A stretch of DNA of 63,507 nucleotides, the filler included, from Hausera hauseri (Eukaryota), in NCBI GenBank assembly GCA_046269625.1. It is 10 parts of 10 records of this genome, joined end to end, with 100 filler letters (N's around TTAATTAATTAA, not from the genome) between each part and the next. Parts side by side here need not be neighbours in the genome. Positions count along the whole stretch, not along the records: positions 32,242 to 37,043 come from JBJURY010430696.1; positions 37,144 to 46,944 come from JBJURY010288836.1; positions 47,045 to 51,325 come from JBJURY010660219.1; 7 more parts are not named here. One strand, written 5' to 3'. A program made the position numbers and the translations under genes. Shown piece by piece: positions 34,163 through 47,299 of the stretch. The notes beneath the pieces are model-generated. The model was not told the DNA's origin. It made no database searches and saw only the letters and a program-made list of their open reading frames with translations. How positions within the stretch are numbered: the first letter of the stretch is position 1; every line of letters starts with the position of its first letter.

Positions 34163-37043
34163 GAAAGAAAAAATCGCTAAACGAAAAAGTGTCTGTCAGT
34201 TGGTTTTAGTGTGAACAAGACGTTGGGTGCCTTCTACTGATTTTTCCCTGCAATACATGCTAAATGTGACTGCGTGTTTTGTTTTGGAGTTTGAGAAAAA
34301 ATTATCAGATTTCGTTGTGTGTTGTGTCGTGCAAAGACGAATCAAGATGAAGAGAAGAAGAAGGTGAAGGAGGAAGAGAGATTGGTGGAGACGGATGGTT
34401 AAAGGTATTCAAGAGAGTGTTAGAAGACAAAGGATTGACAAGAGGTGTAGTGGCAGATGAAGGAGAGGCGAAAGTTGGAGTACAAAGTGGAATTGTATTG
34501 GGCGAAAGAGTAGAAGTAGAAAATGAAACAGAGGGAGTGGTAGAGAGAGGAAGAGTGATAGGGGTAGAAGGTGTGGAAAATGATGAAGCAGAACTAGGAG
34601 CAGAAACAGGAGGTGGAACAGGTGTAGCAATAGATATAGGAATAGCAAAAAGTGTAGGAGTGAGAAAAGAGGTTGACGTGTCGGTTGGTGAAATGTAGTT
34701 GACAAAGAAAGCGGGTTTTAAGTTAGTGATATGCACTGTAAGTTCTTTGCTGGCTTTAGAAATAATACCGTTATGTGAATGCAGCTGTATCAGTTTATAG
34801 GGCCCCAGATACCAGGCTGAAAACCGCACGGTGTTTGATTTTTTAGCCATACGAATTTTGCAGAATACAAATCTTCGGGCAAATGTTTTGTCTTTATGAA
34901 GTAACCTGCAGAACGAATCTTTGCTAAACGTAACGAAGTGATTTTGTGCCGTCCGTATCATTTCGTCTGTAGGAGTGTCGTCCAGGGCAGTTAGTTCGAA
35001 TAATGATCGGACAGGAGCTTCGAATAAGGCTTCAGTAGGGGAGCATCCTGTAGAAGGAGACGGAGTGTTCCGCCAGCCAAGCAGAACAAATTGAAGAAGA
35101 TTCGTCCAACTAGTGTTGGACTCTACAAGAATTCTTAGTGACGTTTTTAATGTTCGGTGGAAACGTTCTAAAAGGCCATTCGATTGGGGATGGTAAGGAG
35201 TAGTATGTATGTTATGGATCCCCAATCAGTTGACAAGGGATTTGAACAGATTGGATTTAAACCGTGGACCCTGGTCCGTGATGATGAAACGAGGTGATCC
35301 GAACCTGCTAATCCATGTACGGATGAAAACGTCAGCTATAGTATCGGTATTTGTGTTCCGCAGAGGGATGGCTTCTGGCCATCGTGAGGAACGGTCTATT
35401 ATGGTGAGAATGAATTGATGACCGTTATCTGGAGGAAGAGGGCCAACGATGTCTATATGCACGGACTCGAAACTCGATGTGAATGAAAAGTGGAATAGTG
35501 GTGGCTTTAAATGCTTATTTGTTTTGTACTTTTGGCAAGCCACACACTCCTTAACCCATGCCTGCACATCAGAACGCATTGACGGCCAAATTACTTGTCT
35601 GTAGAGTAAACGAAAAGTGGCTTTAGCACCAGGGTGGTGTAGCGAATGTACACTGTTGTATGCCTGTCTTTGCAGAGGTGGTGTTAGAATTATTACGGAA
35701 TGACCTGGTTTGGAAGTGTCTAAAGCCACGCCGTCAACAAATGTGCAAGACTTAAAAGAATTAAGCATGTCCTGAGGTGGCTGGTTCTGTTGAAGGTTAG
35801 CTTGCGTAAAAATCGGTGAAAAATTAATTGAACTAACCGACCTGGATAAAAAATCGGCAACCAAACTATTAACCACGTTAATATGTTTTATCTCGAAGTT
35901 AAATATCGATAAGTATGATATCTGTCGTTCTTGGCGTGTGGAAGGATGTTTCATAGCCATGATATTAAGTAATGGCTTACGATCGGTTTGTATAGTAAAA
36001 TGACGAGCGACAAGTAGGTGGGAAAAATGCTTTAAAGCAAGAACGATGGCCAATAATTCTCGATCGAACGTTGAATATCTGGTTTCAGGGGAAGTTAGCT
36101 TACGAGAGAAAAATTCTAGCGGTTGATTTTCTCCTTTGTAGATCTGATGGAGTACAGCACTTACTGCAGTGGTTGAAGCGTCTGTAGTAAGGATGAGTTC
36201 TGAATCAGGCTTGGGGAAAGCGAGAATGTCGATAGTCTTAATTCCTTCGCGTAGCTCATCAAACTTATCAACCAATTCAGGTGTCCACTGGATTGGCTGA
36301 TGTTTTTTGCCACCGCTTAAGTGTGCAAATGGTGCTGTCAATTTAGAACAATATGTTACATATTTATGTACAGTGTAGAGTACCAAGGAAGCTGCGCATT
36401 TCGGTGGTCGTACGTGGTAACTGGATATTTTTAAGTGCTTCAACTCGATCTGGTTGAGGAGAGTGGCCGTCTGGTGAAATAACGTGGCCCAAAAAGTTGA
36501 TGCGTTTTTTGAAAAAATGGCATTTGTCGAAAATGACTTGGAGATTATGGTGGTGAAGGCGTTGAAATATTGCGCGAAGGTGTTCCTCGTGTTGTTTGGC
36601 CGAAGACGAAACGATCAGAATATCATCAATGTAAGGGTACGCGAACGAGAAATCTGAGAGAATCGAATCAATATGTCGCTGAAAGGTCTGTGCGGAATTT
36701 CGCAAACCGAATGGCATAAACAGGTACTGGAAAAGGCCAAAAGGAGTAGTGACTGCAGTTTTTTCTATATCTTCGGGTGCCACCGGTATTTGGTGGTATG
36801 CTTTGGCCAAATCAATGGTCGAATAAATAGTAGTTGAATTAAGGCGATGCAAGATATTTTTGATGAGTGGTAAGGGGTAAGCATCCATGATGGTCAAGTT
36901 GTTCAACTGTCGGTAGTCACTACATGGTCCAAAAGTGCCGTCCTTTATTTGAACAACGTGTTAAGGTGATGACCAATGAGATTTGGAACGGCGTACAATG
37001 CGGGAGCGTTCTAGTTCACGAAATTCGGCTTCTACGGCCTGTC
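34163..37043 (-). mobile_element. pol: CsRn1-clade gypsy family, RT-RNaseH-integrase part (best preserved copy)
   Basis: YIDD, TTDAS, RELLA, HH..CC zinc finger, HIDIVGP, TDQG, YHPQSNGLLERFH; 3' end truncated before the PPT. Confidence 0.93.
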
Positions 37044-37143
37044 NNNNNNNNNNNNNNNNNNNNNNNNNNNNNNNNNNNNNNNNNNNNTTAATTAATTAAN
37101 NNNNNNNNNNNNNNNNNNNNNNNNNNNNNNNNNNNNNNNNNNN
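37044..37143. other. Artificial contig linker
   Basis: 44 N + TTAATTAATTAA + 44 N. Confidence 0.97.
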
Positions 37144-37354
37144 TGACCGTCAAAACTATTAAACATCAAACAACGTTTCTTCTGCAAAATTTTGTTGGAC
37201 TTTTCAAAAAATTTGTCGTATGTATTAGATTCACTAAGGTATTCTATGAGCTTTCCAAGCAACAACGAAATATCGGTGTCGTGGTCATCATCATATACTT
37301 CCATTTGCAGTATTATACAGTGGTAGAGCTGTTTTATAAATAGATTCATGAGGC
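37144..37354 (-). pseudogene. RhoGEF (DH-domain)-like fragment, downstream half
   Basis: LMNLFIKQL...DISLLL...TYDKF continues the DH pattern begun at 43008-43317. Confidence 0.45.
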
Positions 37355-40300
37355 GGGAGATCAGGTCCGACTATGGGCCCGATGTGGCGGTAACGGACGC
37401 CCGGCCGTGCCCGACCAAATAGGCCAAAGGGCACCGGCCGCTGTGGGCACCACATCACCCCCCGTGGCAAAGTGAAAACTATAATGATCAAAATAGACAG
37501 AAAGAAAAAATCGCTAAACGAAAAAGTGTCCGTGTCAGCTGGTCTTAGTGTGGACAAGACGTTGGGTGCCTTCTACTGATTTTCCCCTGCTATACTTGTT
37601 AAATGTGACTCTGCGTGTTTTGTCTTTATGCTGTGTGTTTGCCTGCAGAGGTTCAAGTTGGGGAAAGAAATTGTCGCATTTTGTTGTGAGTGTTCTGTCG
37701 TACAAAGATGAGTCAGAATAAAAAGAAGAAAAAGGTGAAGGAGGAAGAGAGGTTGTTAGAGACAGACTGTTAAAGGTATTCATGGAAGTGTTAGATGGCG
37801 AAGGAGTGACAAAAGGTGAAGTGGCGGATGAAGGAGGAGAGTCCAAAATTGAAGTCAAAATTGAAAATGTATTAGGTGAAATAGTAGAAGTAGAAAATGA
37901 GACTGAGGGAATGGTAGAGAAAGGAAGACAGATAGGAATAAAAGAAGAGAGAGAAGGAAGTTGCGAAACGGAAATGAAAGGGGTAAAAGACAATGTGCGA
38001 GGAGAAAGAGAGGAAGAAAACGCCAAAAATGGAGAATGTGTGGAAGGAGAAAGAAAGAGAGAGAGAAAAGACGGCGAAAAGGAACGAAGCGAAAAAGAGC
38101 AAGAAGATGGAGAAGGCGAAGGAAAGTAGTTGGAAGGTGGTAGGCAAGAGGCTGGAATGATGAAAGGGGTGGATGGAGAGATTGGTGAAGTCAAAGTGGT
38201 GTTTTACGAAGGGGTTCTTGTAAAAGGAGAAAGCAAATTGTCACCAGGGGATGAAGGATGTGTAAATAGGCTTGAAGGTGCAAAATTGGATGGGAAAAAA
38301 GATGACCTGTCAGAAAAAATTGAAGTAGTCTTGGGAGAAAACGTAGGGGAAAGCGAATTAAGAAATTCAGCAAAGATGGAAGGTGAATTTTTGGATTGCT
38401 GCACGTCGTGTAAAGATGTTGGTGGAGAAGTGGTTTCGATGGAAGACGTATCGTTAATGAAGAAAGCCGGTTTAGCGTTGTTGATGCGGACTGTTAATTC
38501 TTTGTCGTCCTTGAGAATTATTATGTTGTGAGAGTGTAAACGAATTACTTTGTAAGGGCCAACATACCGAGGTTGAAAACCACACGGCATCTGATTTTTT
38601 AGCCATACGAACTTGGCAGTATATAAATCGTCGGGTATGTAAGGTTTATTTCCATGTAATAGTCTACAAAATTAGTCTTTGCTGATCGCAACGAAGTGTC
38701 TCTCAGCCGCTTGTATGGTTTCGTCTGTAGGAATATTGTCCAGCTCAGCCAGCTCGAATAATGGTCTGATAGAGGTAACAAATAATGCTTCTGCAGGACA
38801 GCAACCTGTAGAAGTAGATGGTGTGTTCCGCCAGCCAAGCAAAACGTATGGAAGGAGTGTATTCCAGTGCAATTTAACTCAACTAGGATTTTGAGAGACG
38901 TTTTCATCGTTCGGTGAAAGCGTTTGAGAAGGCCGTTCGATTGAAGATGATATCGTGACGTGTGAATGTGCTTAATTCCCAATCGATTGACAAGAACTTT
39001 AAAAAGGTTGGATTCGAACTGTAAATCTTTGTCCGAAATGATTTGGCGAGGTGATCCAAACCTGCTGATCCAAGTGCGGATAAAAACGTTTGCGATAGTT
39101 TCTGTGTTGATGCTTCAAAGCGGGACGGCCTCTGGCCATCGCGAGGAACGGTCCATCATTGTGAGGATGAACTGATAGCCGTTGTCTAAGGGTAATGGGC
39201 CTACGAGGTCAATGTGAACAGATTCGAAACGAGATGTGCAGAGGAAATGAAATTGTGGTGGCTTTAAGTGCTTAGTAACTTTGTATTTTTGGCATGCCAC
39301 ACACTGCCTAAACCATCCCTGCACGTCAGAGCGAATCGACGGCCATACTACTTGGCGTTGTAAGATTCGAAAAGTGGCCTTGGTACCGGGATGATGCATC
39401 GAATGAATGTTGTTGAATGCTTCTTTTTGAAGCGATTCAGAAAGGATGATTCTATGATTATTAGGTTTGGAGGTATCAAAGGCCACAGCGTCGATGGTTT
39501 TGCACGATTTAAAAGATTTAAGGTTGTCAGGAGGTGGCTGGTTTTGTTGAAGTTTGGATTGAGGGAAAAGTGGTGTAAAATCAATCGAGCTGACCGATCG
39601 GAACAAAAAGTCAGCTACTAAATTGTCGACTCCGTTTAGATGCTTAATTTCAAAATGAAATGCAAACAAATACGATATTTGCCTCTCCTGACGTGGAGAA
39701 GACGATTTCATTGTGAGCATTTGAAGCAAGGGCTTGTGATTCGTTTGCATTGCAAAGGTTTTTGTGGTTAGCAGATGCTTAACGTGTTTTACAGCAAGGA
39801 CGTGTTTTACAGGTGGAATATTTTGCTCTTGTGCCGTGAATTTTCGAGAAAAGATTTCTAATGGCTCAATGGACCCATTTTTGACTTGGTGGAGAACATC
39901 ACCTGCAGCTGTTGTAAATGCATCCGTGGTTAAGAAGAGTTCTGCATGGGAGTCTGGATAGGCCAGAATTTCCACGGTTTTAGATTATCTTTGAGGTAAT
40001 CGAAAGCGTTTACTAGATCGGCGGTCTATTAAATAGGCTGTTTCTTCTTGTCAGAGCTTAGTGATGCAAATGGAGCGGTTAGAGTGGAGCAGTGTAGAAT
40101 ATACTTACAAATAAAGTGCAAGGTTCCGAGGAAAGAACGCATCTCTTTTGATGTACGTGGTAGCTGTATATTTTTGAGCTGTGTGATGCGGTCTGGCTGA
40201 GGTGAGTGTCCGGAGAAGCTAATAACATGTCCTAGGAAGTTGACCTTTTGTTGAAAAAAGAGCATTTAGAGAAATTAATTTGCAAGTTGTTTTGGTGCAA

Positions 40301-43007
40301 GCACTAAAAGATTAAACGTAAGTGCTCGAAGTGTAGTTTCGAGGAAGATGATGTAATTAAGATATCATCGATATAGGGATGAGCAAAGTCAAAACCTGAT
40401 AGAACTGTGTCAATGTGCCCTTGGAAGGACTGAGAAGCACTACGGAGTACAAAAGGCATGGAAAGGTATTAGAAAAGGCCGAAAGGTGTAATGACAGCCG
40501 TCTTAAAAATGCCTGGTGGGGCCACCGGAATTTGGTGGTATGCTTTGTGTAAATCAATGCAGGAAAAAATGGTCGAACCATGGAGCCTGTGAAGGATGTC
40601 GTTGATTAATGGTAGAGAGTAGGCATCCATTGTAGTTATGATATTGAGTTGGCGGTAATCACCGCATGGGCGAAAGGTACCATCTTCTTTTGGAACCACA
40701 TGCAGTGGTGAGGACCAAGGGGATTTGAATCTTCTGATTATTCCTGATTTTTCCAGTTCGAGAAACTCAGCCTCCACTGCCTGTCTGAGGCGAGGCGATA
40801 GCGGACGGACCTTTTGACGTATTGGTCTTTGATGTGCTGTTACTAAGTGATGAAAGGTTGATTGAGATGGTACAAATGATTTGTCCTTTTGCAGCAGACG
40901 CGTAAAGGAAGACGAAATGTATTCTGTAGATCAGAAGGCAATAATGACTGGATGCAGTTGAGGTATGAGTTGTAGACGAGGTGTTGTGACTGGGTGGTAT
41001 TTGGTGCAGGATGTTCGTGTTGAAAATGGTGTTGGCAGCTGTGCTATCAGTAATAGGTGCCACGCAGTTGGCAATATTGTATTTGTCACCGTAGTAAAAA
41101 TTTCTATATAATGAATGATTATAAAAATAATTTAAATCGGAAGTCGATTGCTTCAGTATCGACTTGCCGGACGCGATCGCTTGGGTGGTCACCGAAATGC
41201 TGCTAATTTGATTAAAATGATTTCCGCTCTTTAAAGAACATCGTTTGCAGTCTACAAATAAATTATAGTTGGACAGAAAGTCTGAACCCAATATAGGTGT
41301 GCGTACATTGGCTACTGTAAATTTCCAAGTGAATGTGTCTGGGAAACTTGAAAGAGTGAAAGTTAATTTGGTAACAACAAAGGTTTGTAAAGGTTCACAG
41401 GATGCAGTGAACAGTTGCTTTTTTGAAGTGAAGTTGTTTTGGATATGTTGTGTTAGTGGCAGTAAAGAGATTTCTGCGCCAGTGTCTATAAGAAAGTTAA
41501 TGTTTTGCTTTGTTGGAGTGACAACTACTGCTTCCAACGTGAATACAGCAAAGGAAATGTGTCGGCTATCTTTTTCAGGTTGTTGCTTTTGCTAGAACTT
41601 GCCGTGTGTCCTAGCAGCAAAATCAGTTTTTGTAGCTGCTGAGTTTGGCCTACTGTTTGGTGTGAGCTTAATAGTGTTGGCTTTATTGTGCGAGTTGTAA
41701 TTACAGCCAGGTAGGCATTTTTGTGCTTTTGTTCCAAATTTTGAGTGATAGATGCAAACGATGTTGCTTTTTTTAAAATCGAGGGAGTAAAATTTACAAC
41801 CGATGCAGCATTTCTGAGCATTATTACCAAATTTGTTATGGTAGTAGCAAATAGACGACCGCGCGTGAGAAGGCGGCCGTCTTTATGCTTGATTAAATAC
41901 ATTAGGGGAAGTAGCCCTAGAAAAACTCCGTCGAGGCAGCGTTAACTCGTCTAATTTCTCGTTTATGTTGTTGATTGTTTTTGCAACATTTCATTTTCTG
42001 TGCGTACTTGCGCAATTTGTTGCTTCAGCATTGCATTTGGTTGTTGTTGGTTTGTTGTTAATGTCGCAGAGACAGTTGGCGTTGTATGTGAGTGCAGCAC
42101 TCCTTAGGCTTTGTTCGTCAGTTCGGCTGGCTTTTCCAGCGCCGTGGAGTCTTCGACCACAGTTAGCAAAGCTCTTATTTGAAGGGGCAATGCATTTAAA
42201 AGTAACGACGAAAAAGTTCTGGACTATGTTCAGATGTTACGCCAAGGTGTTGAGATGAGACAAAGATGTGCGCAAGAATTCAGAAGGCTTCTGTAGGCCC
42301 ATTGTGTTGTCATTGAAGAATCTTTAAATGATAGAGTCGATTTAGGCATATGGATCGGTGTGCTGAAGGATGTCGATTATGTTTGTGATTTTTGTTTTGA
42401 TGGAAACAGGTAAATGAACAAATAGGCTGTTGGCTTTGGATAAGTAGTCGACAATGTTTTGTGATTCGATCCAGAATTGATGAGGTTTTAGTCATGTTTG
42501 GGTAGAATTTTGGCTATCAAGGAAGCATTCTCTGCAGGGTGAATGAGTGGGGAGTGTGTGCTGTGTCGAAGTGTTTGACGCACTTCGTTCAGGTAAGTGA
42601 CAGAGGTCGGTAGTTTGGTGGGTTTGTCCGTGGTATCAATAGTGGGAGATGAATCCATGCTACCACGGATGCGCAAGTGAATATGAAGACAGATATTAGA
42701 TGACGAAGACTGCAGAGTTCCAACGAAAGGTACTGTAAAGCCGTAATATGTGAGGTAAAAGTCAGGTGAGCGAAGGAAAGTGGAGATGAATTTATAGATT
42801 CCCGCCGTGTTCAAATATGTTACTGCATTTGTACAAATGTTATTTGAGAAAAAGTATGAGGTAAGGAGAGATCGTGTGGCCGGGGGCGTGTCGTGGGGTG
42901 GCAACGAGCGGTGCCGTCTGACACAATGGTATAGGGCGGGCGGCCGGCGCTTCAGCATCGCCGTGATGGGCTGCAAACTGCGGAGTAACCGATCTACTTG
43001 TCTTACT
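37355..43007 (-). mobile_element. CsRn1-clade gypsy retroelement, second full-length copy, decayed, without paired LTRs
   Basis: Colinear with 21088-26773: UBL, Gag CHCC x2, FLIDTGA protease, RT (YIDD), RNase H, integrase, S/P/T tail, PPT, 100-bp end. Confidence 0.93.
42659..42865 (-). pseudogene. Ubiquitin-like domain in frame with the start of Gag (second copy)
   Basis: TSYFFSNNICTNAVTYLNTAGIYKFISTFLRSPDFYLTYYGFTVPFVGTLQSSSSNICLHIHLRIRGS-MDSS within ORF 42488..42976. Confidence 0.65.
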
Positions 43008-43317
43008 GTGAAGTGTGTTCAAAATTGGAAAAAAGTTTTTGAATCGTTTCTTGTGGTAAAATTTTAGATGCATTTTGTATACTGTGGAGACAAATCATCT
43101 TATGCAGGTAATTGTGATTTCGTAACATATCAACTAAAATTCTTAATTTACTGGCGGAATTTATGAAAGCATTGTAATTAGGATGACTTACATGCGGCGA
43201 TATTGCGGCGGTTCCGTTGTAAATGCCCAACGGTCGGGTGGCTGATTTGTTAGTATCATCATTGTACTGATCTTTAGACTCCTCTTCCTCGTCGCCATCA
43301 GTTATTTTTGAATCCAA
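43008..43317 (-). pseudogene. RhoGEF (DH-domain)-like fragment, upstream half
   Basis: ILPQETIQKLFSNFEH resembles the DH motif l..e.i..iFsNie. Confidence 0.5.
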
Positions 43318-43533
43318 AAACGATTCATCAACTCACCGAGCAATAAGGTCATTAAAATTAAAATATTTCTGTTCACTAGCCAATTTCCGTTCCCAAACAC
43401 TAAGAGCGAGCGTTTCAACAACTTTCTGTGAATCGCTTTGCGCAACACCCTTTTTAAAATACCTTGTCAAATCTTTCTCCCAACGACTCTGGACTACGGT
43501 TTCAATGCATGTTTTGGCTTCCGCGAATGACAT

Positions 43534-43821
43534 TCAATTCGGCCGAAATATAATTATCAAATGTTTGTCGTTAATGTACGTTAATTCCGAACAGAAATAT
43601 GCTAGGCTTTCTTTGTTAAGCTTCCGACAAAAGTTCTCGTCAATTTCAACGGAATATAATTTTGGGAATTGTTCCAAAAGCGGAACAGTCAGAAATCGAT
43701 TTCGTCTGAGATTAAGTTTCATCAGATTTGGAAGGAAGAGACATCGGGGCAAGTAGGAAATGGAATTGTTGTACAGACTGAGTTTGACAGGATTGTAGCA
43801 GTGACTGATGTTAATCGGCAT
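43534..43821 (-). pseudogene. Leucine-rich-repeat protein fragment
   Basis: KLSLYNNSISYLP, NLMKLNLRRNRF, KLYSVEIDEN (LxxLxLxxN). Confidence 0.7.
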
Positions 43822-44279
43822 GATGCTTGTAAAGGAACAGTTGCTGAAATACAGTATTCAAACTTTCTTTAATTCATCGGTGCCCGTGTGAATGTAGATT
43901 ACGCTTTCGTTGAGTACGTTGCCTTCGGCTTCAAAATTGACGTTCATATTGCCCAGTACTTCCTGATTCTTAAACTCTTCGGGTTTGTATATGGCTTCAT
44001 CGTCATTATCACTATCCGGCTTCACGGACATTTCTTCACTAACAGGAACGTAAGTGCTACTGAGCATCGAATAAGCTAGTCCGTCTTCTAGAGTATCACT
44101 CAGCACTCGAACTGCCGGGGCCAGATCAAGTTCAGGAATATTTTCCTGATTGTACAGCTACATATTCGTTGTGTTATAATTCTTTTTGTCGCCTATCGTA
44201 CTGTGGCGGAAAGAGTAACCAGATACTCTGGCAGCCTTCTTAGCTAGGTCTGTCAATACTTTTCTGTGTGTAAACAGGC

Positions 44280-45466
44280 CTATGTTGCTTTTAACAAGAT
44301 GGTAGGCCGCCTCCTTGTCAGCAACGTCATGCAGTGAGAGTGGCTGGTGTTGACCACGTTGAGAAGGCATGAAACGACCATTAACTGCCGATGTTTAATT
44401 TCCAGGCTGTTTCTCCATTGTAGTATCGTATCGCAAAATATTTGCGACAGTATTACGGGGAATTCAAAGTCATTTGGAATCGTCAGAACTTTGACAAAGG
44501 AATTTTCAGGCAATTTCAAACTTAAAACCCCATTACTAAGAGTGGTCTTAAATGTTGGATAGAACAAAGTCGCCCGCACTTAACAGGACAATACGAACAA
44601 ATAGTCAAATGCAATTGGATTCGCTGTTTAACCGACACATGCCTTAACGAATCTGGACAGGTTAACCGATCAATAAATCTAACTTTCGAAAACTCCCTGT
44701 TTGAATATGGTACAATGATATTGACACCATACTTATATGCAGACCATCGCCATGCCATATTTGAGTCAGTAAGAAATCGACGACTACATCGTTCACTGAA
44801 ATTCCAAAATAATAAAGAACCTAAATTGGCAGGAGGTCCGCAATACTTAACATTTTGAGTTTGAAGTAAATTGAGCCACTGAATTTTGAAAGCGTTCAAT
44901 AGAATGTGTTTTGGAATGATGTGGAATTTCGTCAAAGACAACGCAGTATTATAAGAAATCATATGGTCCCACCGAACAAACTCGAAAAGTTTCTGACAAT
45001 TGTTAGTTGCTTGGTCGATTTCCGATAAGCAATCATCTGATCTAAAATTGTTTTGAGCAACCTGTGTAAGATTGTTAGTAAATTTTGTTTCATTCGGAAA
45101 CATATTAAGATGTAACCATTTCAAGACTAACAGAAAAACATCCTGTTCGACCTGAATGACAAATAGCTTTGGATTTCTGATTATTTCAATGATCAAATGC
45201 AGTGATATCATTCGTAACATGCAATAAAACACGTCGCAATCAACAATTAGTAAAATTGTCACACTCAACCAATCAACACATTTTAACCACGAATACGTTT
45301 CGTTCTTCGTGTTAAAGAATCTAATGAAATCAACGAAAATCTCATGATCATAATAAGGTAAACATGATATATATGTATAATCTTTAAATTGAAACAGGGT
45401 ATTACCTGATCCAAAACACCGAAATCCGAGCAGCATGGAATATTTGAAAAGATTTTCTGACACCAA
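44280..45466 (-). pseudogene. gcl: Germ cell-less-like (BTB/BACK family) remnant
   Basis: CVDWL, LFVIQVEQDVF..LKWL, RCSRRF..D..WRW...YG.NI match GCL/GMCL1 patterns; intronless and frameshifted. Confidence 0.7.
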
Positions 45467-46944
45467 TTATATGCTTCTCTTTTTGAAATGCGTTTTTGAT
45501 TCGACGGTATTTCGAAACCTTTGTAGAAAAGTATCAACAAAATCGATGACGGTTTAGAAACAATTCCATCCATGCAGTAATTTCGATCGGTAGCATCATA
45601 CAACCAATACTTGTTACAGAAACCCGCCACCAGATGAAAGAAGTCATTAATCGCATTATCAACCAGACTTAGCATCTTTCCCACAACTGTCTGCTACAAA
45701 ATATCATTATTCAAATTTACACGAATCACGTAGCAAAACAATGGCGTCGTGATCCTAATCATAAATTCAATTCAAACCGTAAAAAAAATTTTTATTATAC
45801 AAACAACAGTTGAAATTTACTTAAACACGACTGTCAATAATTAGGCGAAATAGATCTTTATCCTACAATGGTTCATATTTCGGCATCATAGAATTCGCAA
45901 CAATAATAATCTCTTTATCGGTTGATCAACAGATTTGTGTACGGAATCGCCCAATCGATTAACATATTTCTCTGCATCTGGATAACCTTTACGGATTTCA
46001 CTGACCAAAATATTGCATTTTCCATTTTGAAATTGACTGTTTAGGTTTCAAACGAAATTTCTTATCGGAAAATTTTTTATAAATAAAAATAACTATCAGA
46101 AAATTTTACACTGCAGTAAAAACTTCAGTTGTAATTGGCATCGAAAAGTATATTAAAAATGACGCACCAAAGACGTACGAAATTTCATTTTACAAATTTG
46201 AAAAGTTGATAAGAAAGAACTCCCGAATCTGTGATTTTCTGATTGAAAAGTTGAAAACACCCACTGTTGAACAGAGTTTGTTTGATAAGACGTGAAACAA
46301 AATTAACGCGCATCTGGGATAAAAAGAATTTCGGCAACATGTTGAAGTAATTTGTCTGCTGGAATATGTACTGCTCAAGGCGATTGTGAGTTGTTGTTTT
46401 CAGTAGGCTGGCGGATCCCGTTGCGGTTGTCAATACTTCGAACCATATGATTTTTGAATTGAAGTTTGAAGATATTATCCTTTTGAATTTAGTCTTCAAG
46501 ACAGGGTTGTGATACGATGTACTCTAAAAGAAGTAATGTGGCGAAAGGACAATCATCTTGATGATTTTTGTAAAAAAAAGAGGCTCAACTGTGTAAAAAA
46601 AACCCATGGCTTCTGCCATCCATTAATGTTTTTAACGTTTCGTAATAGATAACTTAATAACTCATTTTCATTTGCTCTTAATACTTCTGTGAATACTCAA
46701 CTGAAATTTAGATGCCAACAAACGTGAACACTAGTGTTGGATCGTTGTAGAATCGAGTATCTTTCATCGGCAATAATTTTTGATTTATCGGATTTTTTGT
46801 GGATCTGAAATCCCAGATTTATTGATTAAAGATTTTCGACTGAATGCAAAGTTATATGCATTTAAACCGGACTCTTCAATTCGGTGGGATATTGTTCTAT
46901 ACACTTCCGCATCTTATAAAAATGTTTGAGCTGAGATTGACTGA

Positions 46945-47044
46945 NNNNNNNNNNNNNNNNNNNNNNNNNNNNNNNNNNNNNNNNNNNNTTAATTAATTAA
47001 NNNNNNNNNNNNNNNNNNNNNNNNNNNNNNNNNNNNNNNNNNNN
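46945..47044. other. Artificial contig linker
   Basis: 44 N + TTAATTAATTAA + 44 N. Confidence 0.97.
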
Positions 47045-47101
47045 TTCTAGAAATCGATGCTGAATCACAATTTGTGAGGTCCTCCATACGTTCCCTCTTT
47101 C

Positions 47102-47239
47102 GTGGACTACTGGTATCTGATATGACAGCTGAGCTGGCGAGTCAATATGTTCTCATCTTTACCCTCCATGTCCTCTATGGCTCAGTGGTTAGGACACTCG
47201 CCTTGTGGACTACTGGTATCTGATATGACAGCTGAGCTG
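47102..47239 (+). repeat. 35-bp direct repeat (47102-47136, 47205-47239) flanking a tRNA/SINE-like A-box
   Basis: GTGGACTACTGGTATCTGATATGACAGCTGAGCTG twice; TGGCTCAGTGGTTAGGACACTCGCCT at 47178-47203. Confidence 0.65.
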
Positions 47240-47299
47240 TCAAAACCAAGCAGGATCCCACTCACCATGGACTGGCCATTGTTGTGAGTTTTAGTGGAG

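Noticed and set aside
37782-38531. Glu/Gly/Lys-rich plus-strand ORFs (also 34417-34698 and 25883-26074 on its opposite strand)
   Set aside because: Antisense shadows of the pyrimidine-rich S/P/T integrase tail
47178-47203. tRNA gene
   Set aside because: Only the A-box/D-arm part is present; no B-box or acceptor stem
47102-47239. CRISPR-like repeat-spacer-repeat
   Set aside because: Only two units, a 68-bp spacer containing a tRNA-like A-box, eukaryotic context and no cas genes
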